Counted from the first letter of the stretch, positions 23,909 through 37,010 are shown. The stretch is 64,000 bases of DNA from Callorhinchus milii (GCF_018977255.1 NW_024704763.1:6882001-6946000), one strand, 5' to 3'. The notes: generated by a model not told the origin, from the letters alone. A program made the numbers and translations.

Positions 23909-26852
23909 GTAAGTACACCTTATTTTTTGTTTAATCTTCATGGATATGAAAATATTTGGCCTCTATGTTCACCCTCCCCAGTGTTTGTGACCTGATCCGG
24001 TATTTCAATAGGCTCTCTTTGTCCGATCTCTTGCCAGCACTAGCACACATGGATATGTAACCAGTTGCTTCAACAAAAAAAAATCACTGAGGCGAAAAGA
24101 AAGAGGGAGCTTTTTTATTCGTATTTTACCATAAAGTGATCTGTCAATCTGTCTTTGTCAGACACCGAAATTGACATTGCAGTCGACAAGATCGCTGCAA
24201 GATTGCACCTAGTGCAAAATACTCACTAAATGTCTTGTTTTAAAAAAAATGTTGAGAGACTGCATCGCTGTCCTTGATTGAAATGAGGTTTGTCTGGCTG
24301 TGAAGTGAAATGGTCGCAGAACATTCAAAAGCACGAGTCGGTTTTGACGTTTTTTGCTTTCACCATTTCAAAATCCTGCAATAGTTTATTCTTCTGCATT
24401 TCAAAAAAAATTATTAATGTCTAAAACAATTTGAAATGTGTTTGATAAGCGTGGAAGTGAATCCTTTTTTTTGTGTGCACTTCAGGATTATTAAGAGCTT
24501 TGCCGGGTGTCTGTTGCGAATCCTACTTTGCTCTGAAACAATGGACTGCAGTGTTGGCTCTGTAGTTTAGTCAGAAATCTATGCTGATGAGAGTGACTAT
24601 CAGGTTGTGTTAAAATAAGTGGCTCCCTTCTGCACGAAACATAAATATATAGCCTGGCATTGAGCGACACTAACAGAAATTTAAATTCAATTTACCGTTT
24701 GCCACTTTGAGACTGTGCTGAGGAAATGCAGTGTTTCGCCGTGTTATTACTGAGGTCTGAATGCGTGCGTTAAACTGAGGAGAGGCAGAGAGTAAAAATA
24801 ACGTTCCTGTTTTCATTTTGTTGCGTGTTCGGCTGGCTGTGAAGAATAAAGACAGCTCGCAAATCATGAGAGAAAAAAAATGGCTTGAAACCTTAATCGT
24901 AAATTTGCATTTTTTTTTAAAAAAAAAACAAGTCGACGATAGCAAAGGAGTTTCGAATCAATTCGTGGCAAAAAATGACGCTCGCTGGCACAAAAGTTGG
25001 TTCCAGATGCAGTCTGGTTGCGTTTCGATGTATATATATAACATATACACATATATAAAACATTGTTACTCCCTGGAGTCTGAATTTACTCTCTTTATCC
25101 GCCATGTGATTATACTTGACATTTATCTGTGTCCCTTAATTTCAAGGTAGTTAGGTGAATCCCACCTCCCTGTGACATTGATTGGTGTCTTTATAGCTTG
25201 ACATTCTATTAAGAACTCCCGATTGCTTAGTTGCTGTGTCAATCATGTAATGTCCCAATAATGTGCCAACTGCTTGACAGCCGGAGCAAGGGAGCTGTCC
25301 AACATTTCAGCGGCTTGATAAGGTAGATTGTTTATCCTTTTTATATATATATATTAAAAAAAATACATCTTACCCTTCTCTGCTGAAGTTGGTGCGGTGG
25401 AAGTTTCGTGAAGGCAAACGTGCACGCAACCCCGGCAAATGAGAGCTATAAAAATCAGAAGTTACTTACGATAACACCATATCGAATAATGTTTTTGACC
25501 ATGTTCTTTCGGAGAGGCCCTGGGTGCAGGTTCTCATTAGAGAAGCTCTCTGTTACTAAACTGCAGCATTCAGTACTGTAGTCCCCCGCCTCAATGGAGG
25601 AACGTACTGCAGCTTCAAAGGAGAATTGGTGATTTTTACTGTTATTATGATAGGATTTGCAATAGTCTTTGAATTCTCTTCGGGGGTTTGCAGATCTACT
25701 TGGATTGTAATGTTTGCCATTAAAAGTTATGAACATTTGTTGCAGGAGGAATATTCAGCAAAAGAATGTTGCTAATAAATGGGATATTAGCCATAAAACG
25801 CTCCTGTGTTCTCTCTAATGGTGACATGTTTTCTAATGATTTTATAATATTGCTCTTTTCTGGAGCTGCTGACTCGCAATCTACCAGTGCATCGGCAGAA
25901 AAGCTGCAGGAATGGGATCTCGGCTTAGTTCGATTGCAACAGCTTTCATCCTGAGATTATTTTACTTGTTTATTTATTTGCAAAGTGGGGGCAAGGGGTG
26001 GAAGCAGTAACTGTTTGACTCCTTGTAAAAAGTGTCTGATTTTATTAGTAATTCATTTGCAAAAAAAATGATGTATTAAGATTCTGGTTTAGCTTCACTT
26101 GCTTTCGTTGATTTTTTTTAAACTACAAAATTATTTGTTTTATTCCCCTTTTTTCTCTTTTCTCCCCTTTCCCTTCGCCCCCCCCCCCCCCCCCCAACCT
26201 CACCCCCGATGCCACCCTCCGGAGATTGAGGAACATTTGAGAAACAATAACCGGGTTCAGTGTGGAAATGCCTTGGCTCACAGGAGAATGGAATGATTAG
26301 TCTCATGCTGTGTCTGTTTATGGAATGGCACAGTACAAACCAAAAGGTGCAAATCTTGGAGTTTTGCCTCTGGGTCAATGAGGAATCTGTATTCGGCAAA
26401 ACTGTATCAGTCAAGCGATCTGGGACACTATCCCTCGCAAAGGCCGCTGTATAAATGCAAGTTGCTGTTGTTGAAGTAAGCATCTAAACACTTGTCGACC
26501 TACCCAAATTGTACGTTGGTGAATTTGTTTTAATATAATGATTCGATTTATCTCGTCTTGTCTTATTACCTTGTACCGCATCAGGGGGAATTGGAACAGC
26601 TTTCCTCGTTTGGTTTTCAAAAAACTGGACGTCTGTCTGCTCGGTTAGCGATTCTCAAACTTTTTGATGCCAGCGACTGGCTCTTCTTAAAATGTGTCGG
26701 ACCATTAGGAATTGAGGCAGCCGGGTCACTCGGTCTGAAGAGGACCAGGTTATGAGGTCATTTGAGACCCGCTGGACCAGGTGACGGGGTATCTTCAGGC
26801 TAAGCTAAACTCAAACGATACGGTGGCTACTATTTGTTCCTGAAAATCATGT

Positions 26853-26955
26853 ATAATCCTTGGATTTGCTACGGCGCCTTATCACGTCTTCGAGACGTCT
26901 CAAAGCGCCTCACAGAGCATACGGTAAAGCGAATCGACCGTGTATTCCGTAGGCG
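26853..26955 (-). mobile_element. Young SINE 3' tail
   Basis: aatccttggatttgctacggcgccttatcacgtcttcgagacgtctcaaagcgc. Confidence 0.8.
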
Positions 26956-27092
26956 TGAGGTGTCGCGGTTTGAACCGGTAACAGACATTGAAGGAGCAGA
27001 TCAGGTTTGTGATGTCGGGGAGTCTTTCACCTCTTTCCCTTCCTCACTCCCTCTCTTCATAATTCGGAAAAGTCCTACCAGTATTCTTTCTT

Positions 27093-27127
<35 letters not shown>

Positions 27128-27774
27128 CTCTATGGCCTATCACCTCTATCTGGTAGAGCTGTTAAACTGCTCCCTCTAGTGGGCCACCCCAAGAACTGGT
27201 TAAAATTCACCCAGCAGGGCAGGTGCGTTCGGAGGTAATGTGACAGACTTGAGCTGGTCTGGCAACCAGAGGGTCAGAGCTCCACACTGGAAACTGCAAG
27301 GCACCTCCCAGTGCTGTGGTTATGACTCTGTTTGTTTGTTTTACTCTGAGACGGTGATAAAGTTGTAAGCTCGGGCGGGCTGGGCGGGGTGGAGGAGCAG
27401 GAGGAACTGGGACTGTGCCAGCCCCACCTCGAGGACTGGGAGTTTGACTGGAACCTCACTGGAGATCTTCCAAGTGGTTGTAATATTGATGAGCAATAAT
27501 GAATTTGGCAAGTCACAGCCCAGTTTCCAGGACGTCTCACACAACTGCCCCTTAATTGGCCACATTTTAACATGTTCCTCAGGAAACCCTACCCCCCCCA
27601 ACCCCCCACCCCCCCCACTCCCGCTCAGTATGGCTGGAATTGGAGATTGAAATCTTCCCACTGGTGCAGTAGAGGGTGCTATTCAGACATTAGGGTTCAG
27701 CTACAGTATTGTTCAGCTGTTTGCTGTTCATCCCCAACCTTTGCTATATTTGGAATGGGTTGTGTTTTACCTTA

Positions 27775-28430
27775 CAATAACCCTGGCGTTTTATATTGCA
27801 ATGCAGCACGTCCTCCAGATGTCTTAAAGCATTTTGCAGGATTTTACTGTAAAATGTAGTGACTGTGTATTTGTGGGTGAACACGGCAGCCAGTTTGCAC
27901 ACAGCAAAGTCCCACAAACAAGCCATGAAGTGAACAATCAATTTTATTTGGGGGATTGTTTGCTAGAATACTGGGAGAAACTCCCTTTTCTTAAAACAGT
28001 GTGCAATAAAAGCCGGGAAGAATGTTTCATTCCATCAGATTAGGTTATTGCACAGATAGATAGAACTTTACTCTGTTTTTAATTCATTGTCGACTGACCT
28101 TGGAATTGTTTGATGTTGTTGGTGTTGGCAAATGTGGCATATAATCCGCACCATCAATATCCCACAAATAGACATGGGATAAATGGAGAATTAATCTGAA
28201 TTCACTGGAGGAATATTGGTCAGCGTGCCAGGATAACTCCCATCTCCCTTCCGAACATTGCTATGGGATCTTTAACATCCGCTGAACAGGAGAAAAGACC
28301 TCGGGGGGAAGGTTTAGCTGAAGGTCAGCACATGCAGTGCTTTACTGGGGTTTCAACTCGGATAAAATCCTCAAACCCTGGTGCAGCACTTGAACCCACA
28401 TTCATTCAAATGAGACTCAACTGAGTCAAA
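27775..28430 (-). mobile_element. Two adjacent DeuSINE fragments
   Basis: 3' half at 27775-28000 and Deu domain plus head at 28160-28430 (tgggatctttaacatcc, ttgaacccaca). Confidence 0.7.
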
Positions 28431-28489
28431 GAGATTGCATCCAGGAGCAATTTATGGCAAATATAAATTGGACAACCTCCTTTGTCCAA

Positions 28490-28650
28490 ATAGAAACGGA
28501 AGTTGGTGGGAGCACTCAGCAGCTCAGGCAGCATCTATGGAGAAAGCAAAGTGAGTCAATGTTTTGGGTCCACGACCCTTCGTCAGAGCCGAGTGTTCCC
28601 AGCGATGTCTGCTTTTGTTTTCAGATTTTTCAGCATCTCCAGTATTTTGT
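28490..28650. mobile_element. Penelope-like element terminal remnant with a degenerate hammerhead motif
   Basis: actcagcagctcaggcagcatctatggaga...gacccttcgtcaga...tcagattttcagcatctccagtattttg is a pattern I recall from chondrichthyan Penelope-derived repeats. The minus strand reads CTGACGA-agggtc-gtg-gaccc-AAAAC. Confidence 0.55.
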
Positions 28651-28684
28651 GGTTTGTTTGCTTTGTCCAAATGTTTGTTGTTTA

Positions 28685-29026
28685 TTTTCTTTCTTTCTCT
28701 CTCTTTGTCTTTTCTCTCTTTCTCCTTGTTTATTTCTCTCCCCTTAACTCACTTCTCTCTCCTCGTATTGTTTCTTTCCTCATCTTTCCTCATTCTCTCA
28801 CTCTCACTCCTTCCCCTTTTTGCTTTGCCTTCTTTCTCTTTTTTTGTTTTCTCTTCTCGTCTCCGCCTTTCTCCTTTCACCTTACCCCTCTCCTCCTCCT
28901 CGCGCTCTCCCCCTCTCCTTTTATTTTTACTCCTTCTTCCTCTCCTTCGCTCACTCTCTCTTCCTTCACTCTCTTCTTTTTCTCCCTCCTCTTTTATCTC
29001 TGTCTCGCCTTCCTCTTGCTCTTTGC
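28685..29026 (+). repeat. ~340-nt polypyrimidine (C/T) low-complexity tract
   Basis: Almost exclusively C and T on the + strand. Confidence 0.9.
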
Positions 29027-29314
29027 AGGTTTACTCCTTGTGCCTTTGTGTGGAAACAATTTAATTAAAGGACACTGCAGCTTGAGAAAAGCCAACCTCT
29101 CCTCTCACGTATGCAGCCCCAACCCATCCTGCAACCTGCTCCAATACAGAGTAGGAGAACGTACTTGTTGCTCAGAGTGTTTTAGAACTCATTCATTTAA
29201 ACGGATGACTTTTGCTGTATAAAATGAGAGATTCTTTGTAAATTGGTGAGAGCTTGAATTATTCCAAACTGTTGCGGAAAAGTTTGAAGCTACATTTTAT
29301 GTTCAGTTCGAAAG

Positions 29315-29735
29315 GTTTCAGTTTGGCTCAGTTGGTAGCATTCCATTCGTTGGGTTGGACGGTTGTAGGTTCCAGCCTTACATCAGACTATAGTGGTTGG
29401 GCCAGTCATAGGCCAAAGGACACAGTGATGTCTGGAGGAGCGCTGCATTGTCAGAGGTACCGTCCTTTCAATGAGACATTCAGCTGAGCTCCCTTCTGCT
29501 TGTCTACGTTGTAGATTGTATGGCACTATTCCAAAAGAGAAAGGAGTTTCTCTTGGTGTCCCAGCCAACAACCTCCAGATAAATTAATCGTACAAGTCAT
29601 GGTTATTTGTAGGACGTTGCTGTGTGCAAATTAGCTGCTGTATTCGCCTACAAACATACAGTCACTCCGCTTTACAGCAAATTCCCTGTGAGGTGCTTTT
29701 CAGCTTTATAGGTGCTCGATCAAATGTAAGGAATA
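29315..29735 (+). mobile_element. DeuSINE-like element, near full length
   Basis: tggctcagttggtagca...gctgcattgtcagaggtaccgtcctttcaatgagacatt...gctgtgtgcaaattagctgc. Confidence 0.8.
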
Positions 29736-30144
29736 TTGTGAATTACAGCCTTCAAACAACCCGATTTCATGTGGCAAGTTGCAGTTCCATGAACTTGCAC
29801 CTTCTATTTGCCTCGGTGCTAAGACAAGCAGACACAGTGTTTGGGACAAACCCATTGGATTGTCGGGATGACTCTCTGCTGGTTAGTAAATAATCTACCT
29901 TGCTCAATGAATGAGTATTATTCTCCACCATATGGTAGAAGCTGCTGAATTGTCTAATGGAATCAGTCTGCACTACCAAAGGAGGCATATTTGCCTGTTA
30001 AACAGAGAATTGCTCATTGGCAGAATATAGTAGGTTGCCTTGGTATTACTGTGTCTGGGAAGGGCTAATTTCTCATCAGCTTAAATGGAAGGTTCAGGTT
30101 TACAGTTTAAGCAGTTTTATGAGTTATCTTTTACTATGAAAACA

Positions 30145-30390
30145 GTCTGAAATTCTACCAATTCTAGTCTTAGCCTGTAATCCATTAAGATTTAAGATGC
30201 AGGCACAGGATTATGGGGAATTCTTAAATTCAGTCTTAATTTGGAAGCTGGTCTTCCACAGTCCTTACAAAGAAAATTGGCTTTCAAATGAAGACTGTAT
30301 TTAAGAGTTGTTTTTTTTCACAATTCCACGTCATCTTAAATTTCAAGACAATTATAGTCTGACTGGTTAAGACTAGGTGGAATTTCAGGC
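30145..30390. mobile_element. Palindromic MITE-like element
   Basis: Terminal inverted repeats gtctgaaattctacc..ctagtcttagcc and ggttaagactaggtggaatttcaggc, with internal arms 30219-30248 and 30280-30309. Confidence 0.65.
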
Positions 30391-30789
30391 CTGAGCTCAC
30401 ACACAAATCTTAGGCTATTCTATGTGTGTAAATGAGCTTGTGTTTTGTGTGTACTGTCCTTTAGCTGCCGATAGCAGCTCAGTTCTTGTGGAGAAAGGAT
30501 CGCAGTAAATCTGGCTTGTATATGAGACACGGATGCAAATTGAATGTTGCATTGAACCAGCGATTGTGTTGGCAGCGAGCGATTACATTAGGCCATGGTT
30601 TAATGATTTACACTTTCCACAAGCAGTTGAAATCGTCCTGAATTTTATATCAATTATAAGATACTGTGATCAAATTCTTTGCTTCCAGCGTAAACCAGGT
30701 GATCGATTTATCATGGGAAAAATTCCCAGGTCGGGTCCTAGTTTTGCTCAGCCCCCACTCCACCACCCTCTGCTCAGCCGGCTCCAACC

Positions 30790-30885
30790 TCCTGTTCATT
30801 CCCTCGTCCCCTCGGCTCCACCGTCGGAGGTCGCGCTTTCAGCCACTATTCCCCGAAACTCTGGAACTCCCTCCCTCAACCCCTC
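30790..30885 (+). mobile_element. Short L2 ORF2 C-terminal fragment
   Basis: gtcggaggtcgcgctttcagccac...ctctggaactccctccct reads as VGGRAFSH...LWNSLP. Confidence 0.7.
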
Positions 30886-32329
30886 ACCTAAGCCCCGTGT
30901 AACAGTGACTAGAGTTCTCTCTGTCATGGTTTAGGTTCGCACCCCACTGCAGTGCTGAATGAGTCACTACAGTCACTATACTCCAACAGTAAGACCCTGT
31001 GAAGCACTTTGAGATATCTCGATGATGTGGTAAGGCGTGATAGCAAATCAAGGACTATTATTATTATTATGAGTTCAGTGGCACAAAATCCCCTGATATC
31101 AGAGTTCATCCTGCGCTGATCTCTGTAAGTAATGATCTACTTGCTACCAGAAAACCTCATTGTATACACCCAGTAATAATAATAATAATAATAAGAGGGA
31201 TTGTATTGCATTTTTTTTAATATTCTCTGATGGGAGAGACTGCAGGGCAGTTGTTCTGTAAGAACTGTACCTGTACCTAATTGTAAACACTGCAACTCCA
31301 CGTCTCCTCTCCCTCCACCCCCCACCACCACCACCACCAGTGGGTCTCAGCTGGAGTTTGCGCACTTTTTATCAACGGTTTTTAATATTGCAGGAAATTA
31401 ACAGTGACATAAAGGTTCCCCTTGAAAGCAGTTAGCGCTGGTGTAAAAATATCAATAATGAATGATTGGCAGAGTGAAGTATTGAAGAGCTAAAATGAGT
31501 TTGATAAAATTCGATTTCCCTGCTTTTTCATTTCTACAACCAAGTGTCCTGTTGTATAACACTTTTTAATTTAACTTCTCGTTATGAAAGCAGGGCTGAG
31601 TAGCTCTACCTATCCTCCTTCCAGGCTTTAAAGACTTCCATTAAGAGTACAATATTTGGTGTGGAGATTAATTGGCAGCTTGTAGATAGCAGGAATTCTG
31701 GGAGGTCATTAATTCTCTGCACTGACTGCTTCGCTGCTGTCTTACTGCGGTGTGCAAGTTGGATTAAAGAAAGTAAGTTGGATTCAGATTAATACGGCAT
31801 TCTGTTTCATATACAGTACTCCTTCTTAAGGGTAAAAAAAAATACCTTTGGTTTCTTTCAAATCGCTTGAGAGAGCCAGCGCTATTTATTTCTCTCGCTC
31901 TCTCTCCCTCTCTCCTAAATCAAAATGTTTATTTCCATTCCACCTGGGTTTTCTCCCCCCCCCGCGCGCCCCCCCCCCCCCCCACACACACACACATTCA
32001 GCCAACCCAGCACGCTCTCTTGCCTCAGATGGTTGCATGTTCAAGCCCCACGCCAGAATTCTAGCTGGTAATATTATTATAATAATACTTGTTCCTATAA
32101 TCCTGTGAAGTGCCTTGAGGCTTCCACCTGACCTGAATGGTGTTATATCAAATGCAAGGATTAATAGTATTACGTGGTGCCTAATCATGTCGTCAAAACG
32201 TCTTGAAGCACTTCACAGAAATATGGTTGCAAGTGTTGCAACTATGTGTTTTGTCTGTGAGCCCCAAATCTTCTGACTCAGGGGTGAGAGTGCTACCAAC
32301 TGAGCCAGGAGCCAAACAGATCGGTATCA

Positions 32330-32440
32330 ATAATTCTTGCGTTTGACCTAGCGCCTTATCACGTTTTTGAGACGTCTCAAAGCGCTTCACAGAATATACT
32401 GTAAAGTGAATTGACTGTATATTTGGTGGTGGAAACGCTG
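32330..32440 (-). mobile_element. Young SINE 3' tail
   Basis: gcgccttatcacgtttttgagacgtctcaaagcgcttcacagaatatactgtaaagtgaattgactg. Confidence 0.8.
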
Positions 32441-33239
32441 CATTCTCAGTGGTGCCGGACCTCAGCTAAGAAGTAAACACTCAAGTCAAACCCCTTCTTG
32501 TCTTTCGAGTGCTGGGAACTGTCTTGAAGAACAGAGAGCATCTAGGCGACCAAACCAGTATTCCTCCCTTAAATTGACCTAAAACTGGTAAAAGAAAGGC
32601 TATTGTGTGCTAAAAATACCATGCACTGTTCCCTCTTGGTCAATCTTAATGTGTGTGTGTGTGTGATGTGACTGGCACCCATTAACCACTTCTTTTGCTC
32701 ACAGTTAACAGGAAGAGTGATTGAGGCTAGGACATTGTCTGTTGATCTTAAGGATAGACAATAAGGTAATTTATTTGACAGTACCTTAAGCCACCACCTC
32801 TATCCCTCATTCACTTATCTCTCGCCTTGCTCTGGCTCCCACTTGGACTCTGTAAAATGTTTTAAGAAGTTTTCCTATATGAAAGCTACTGTACAAGTTT
32901 GATTTATCGCTGATATTATGGACCTTCATTGCCCAAATATCTTGTGATAACCATCACTGCATTTAACAGGCTGACTGTGTTGGACATTATTTGATGTAGT
33001 GCAGTCCTGCATCAAATGCACGATGTGCTATTACTTTCTCCCTTATTATTGGCTTGTTGTCAGGCGTTGGGGAAGGTTCTGCAAATCTCCTTGCTCTCGA
33101 GTGTTGAGAATGATGAGCTCTGGAGCCAAGGTAGAGGCAAATGAGGGATGAAACACTTAGCAGAGTAGTGGATTCTAATCATGTCGACACAACTATCCAC
33201 AGCAACGACTTGTTTCGTATAAAACTGAGCATCTTTTGC

Positions 33240-33520
33240 ACTGAGGACATACGGGCCTTTATAGAGGCATACAATATTCTAAATGTGATTGAGAGACTAA
33301 ACCCTGAACAGTACTTTCAAGTGCGCAGAGGCAGCAGAACAAGAGGGCACAGATACAGGGTTGCCAAAGGGCAAAACATCCAGACAGACACCAGGAAATA
33401 TTTCTTTACTTAGAGGGTAATTGCCAGGGCTGGATGTTGCACTCATTTAAAAAACAGTTTGATACGGTGATGGGGACAGTAGGGTAGGTGTTCTGTAGGA
33501 ATAAGATCTAATGGGCCAAG
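33240..33520 (+). mobile_element. CR1 3' fragment
   Basis: Translation IEAYNILN...YFQV...RTRGHRYRVAK...RKYFFT. Confidence 0.8.
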
Positions 33521-34769
33521 GAGGGGGGGGGGGGGGGGGGAGCAAGACAAAACTACTGGGGGATGGAGTTCCAAGGTGCAGAAACTTAAGGGGAAGTGTA
33601 ATATTTGCTTGGTGATCTATCCATCAGTTTGAAGCTCCCTGTGAGGAATTGACTGATGGGAAGTGTTTTGGGTTTAAAACAACACGTAAGCACTCTCTAA
33701 TTACCTCCTCATCCACAGTCTCGAGACTCTGCCTGCCACTAAAAAGTTGACTTGATGCAGGCCCTATTTTTGAGAATTTATAAGGACCAATTTGCTTCTC
33801 TAACTCGGCGAAAAAATATTGATTTTTATTTAGGAGAATAATTAAATATTTATTTTCACTTTGTTGAGTTCTGGAGGTCAAATTCCACATAAGGAAGGTA
33901 CAGTGTGCCTCTACAAGAAATCAATAGATTAGTTTATATTTAATATTTAATTTATTTATATATTTGACCAGTTCCAGTTGCGAAGCCTGAACTGTAATAG
34001 AGGGTGAAATTTTAACATTGAGAAAGGACAAAGGGGAGACCAAACTGAGCAACTTCGCACATGGCCTGTTGCATAAATAATAGAAATCAGATCACCTTTC
34101 AGGGATCCAACCACTGGAACTGCATCATTTCTTTTGGCCTCTGCGCTTTTCTCCGGGCGAGCAAACAGCTCCCGCGCCTTTTAATCAAACGCTTCGCGTG
34201 TTCTTTTCTGACAGTCACCTGGGAGTTCAGTTGGCGATGCGATCCGTCTACTCTTCCAAACAAATCGCCGTGACGGGCGTTTCTGTGGCTATTTTTACCT
34301 TGACGATCGTGGTTGAGGGTTCCTTTTAAAAGTTTGAGTTTCACCGAGCCCGAGGATTGACTTACTAGCGCGTCATTATCGACACAAGCGGGAAGAGTTG
34401 TTGAGAACATGAGAGGCAGGCGAGGACCAGAGCAGATGTGTTTTTAATTGCCCAGCAATCCTCGCAGCCTGGCGGGGTGGCAGTCATGACCTACAATAAC
34501 AGAGAACTTTCTCACTGAGCTTGTGGAAATATTTTCTTGAACTGTGTTTGTGAAAATTTGAGGACAAAACGGCATGAATTTAAGGTTATAAGGCAGAGCG
34601 GGGAAGTTATGAATTATTTTTTGTTTCTCCTTAGAGTGTTGTCAGAGTTATGCCAAGGGTGGGTGTCTTTTGGAGCAAAGTCATTTGTGGGCATTTAAGT
34701 GGGGGGACTGGGTAAGCTTATGTTGGAAGAGTAAACCCAGCTTTCTTTATTGAGGTTTCTTACCGATGA

Positions 34770-35135
34770 ACCCAGATCAAAACTTCAAGAATCACCAAGA
34801 CAGTAGGACAAGAAGACATGGGTTTAGAGTTGTAAAAGGGCATTTTGAGGACAGGATAGACATCGGGAAGTTTTTCTTTACTCGGAGGCTAATTAATGAC
34901 TGGAACAGGGGTTGCAGGAAAGGGTGTTTGTGACTCATTTGGGGGAAAAAACAGTTTAATACCATGATGTCAAGCCAATATAGGGTGTGTTTGCTGGAAG
35001 ATGGGATCAAATTGGTTTGGATAAAGAAGAGCAGCGAATTGGGATTAGGATTGCTGACCCATTGGAGGAACAAACCCCATCAGTAATACAATGGGTTGAA
35101 TCATTTCCTAATCTGCTGTAGATTTCTGTTGTTCT
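34770..35135 (+). mobile_element. CR1 3' fragment
   Basis: RTRRHGFRVVKG...GKFFFTRRLINDWN-like sequence and a gggttgaat...tttctgttgttcttatg tail. Confidence 0.7.
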
Positions 35136-36424
35136 TATGATATTTAGATGAATGCAATGTCTGGTGGAACTGTTGTTTTAAAGTCTCGATAGAATAAGGA
35201 TGGGAGTTGAGTTTGTGAAGCTTTAAGTGTGTTATCTGGGGAAATGCATTCACTAGAAAAAAAATTAACAAAGGAAATTGTTTTATCTTGAAGGAGGAAA
35301 GTAGATGTAGACATAGGAAGACGCTTTGCATGCAATCTTTTCAGTTACTGAATAGGGAATTATGAGAAGAGAGGGTTTTCCCTTGAAGTGAAGTTCGCTT
35401 GCTGAGCCCTTAAATCAAATCCTGATCTTCTCTGGGTGATTATTTAAAACTCTGATTAATAACGATATCTTATTTTAAAAGTTCAAAGGATGTGCAGCTC
35501 ACAATTTCACCCAGTCTTAGCTTACGAGACCATTTTGTCTTAAANTTTTTTTAAGATCGTGCAGAATTGTGAAAAATTCTTAAATCCAGTCTTAATTTTG
35601 CAAGTTTGCAAGTTCCACAGTTGCTAAGCTCTCGGCAGCTAAATGAAAGGAATTTTCCACAATTCTGTGTGATACAAAACTTTTAAACAACACGTCTTGC
35701 AACCTAAGTAAAATTTCAGTTTGTTAATTCTGAATGGACATCTTTCACATGTTAAAATAATGCTACTCTTTACCGTCCTGCACCCCCTCCCTCCCCCCGA
35801 TCCAAAAAATGAGTCATTCACCTTACAGCTGTTCGTGGGAATTTGCTGTGCGCAAATTGGCTGCCGTGTTGCCCTTCAGATACACAGTCGCTGCACTTAA
35901 AACTGAGTCGCTTTGCGACATTACATTCTCTTTGCAATATTAAGCACAATATTAAGTGCAAAGATACTCATTTTCTTTTAGGGTTTTCTGACGCACAGCT
36001 TGATCAGTGCAGCATTTCATTCGGGACGGGACAGGGGGTTGGGGGGAATACGCAGTGATTTGACCGTAAAGATACGTTGAAGATCTTAAACATTACAGCT
36101 TCAGTGGGGGAAAAAAATCCATGCCTTGTCAAGTCTTGAAGAGTTTGCCATTAGTAATTTAGGCTGGGGGGTTACTTTGATGAAACCAATATATCTTGAA
36201 TGATCTCACTTGGCTTGCATTTTTGATTTCCACTTAGCAGAGATGTATTTATATTCCCTCTACGTTCCCTTTATCTCGCTCCAGCGTGAATCTTGATAAT
36301 TTTCCTTCACTGCTACATGGTATCGTATCGCAGAGCAGCGCTTAAAAAGAGAACTGCTGTAACATGATCAAAACAGCTCATTTTGTCTCCTCCCGTGCTT
36401 TCTTGCCAAATGCATCTGAGAGGC

Positions 36425-36840
36425 AACTGGGTTCCGACGGTGGCCCTCTCTCCTCTGGGACAGAGCGTGGATCACAGACTCACACACACAGACACAGACT
36501 CACACACTAGGTCACGTGCTCATAATCCAGGCTGATAGCATTGCTGAGAGAACACTGCCTTGTGCCTTCCTTCAAATGAGATGTTAGACCGAGGCCGTGA
36601 CTGTGCGCTCAGGGTTCCTGTGCTGCTGTTTCGCAGGGAGCTTGTCCTGGCCAATATTCCTTCTCGTTCTGAATTCCCCAAAAGCAGTTACAATAGGCAA
36701 CTCGCTGCTCGGTGGGACGTCGCTGGTGCAGATCAGCTGACAGACACACTTCAATGGAGAGCAGTCACCACACGTCAAAGTAACTCATTGTCTGAAGGAA
36801 ATTGAGACATAATGAGGCACTGTATCAAATTAGCTCCTTT
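36425..36840 (+). mobile_element. Degenerate DeuSINE-like element
   Basis: gtgccttccttcaaatgagatgttagaccgaggcc...tgtcctggccaatatt. Confidence 0.65.
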
Positions 36841-37010
36841 GAAATGCTCCCTCTCAGTTTCAGTCCTTCATTCTATCAACAACAGCTTGCATTCGCGTTG
36901 CTCACGTGTCGGGGAGTTTTTGCAATGACGGTGGGGGAGGGTTCAAACTGCAAGGAACAGGGGAGTCAAAGCGGTAGGTTTTAAGTTGGATTTAAGCACC
37001 ATAGGGACTT

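Noticed and set aside
28503-29222. 239-aa F/L/S-rich ORF that looks hydrophobic or membrane-like
   Set aside because: It is the translation of a stop-poor polypyrimidine tract plus a repeat remnant.
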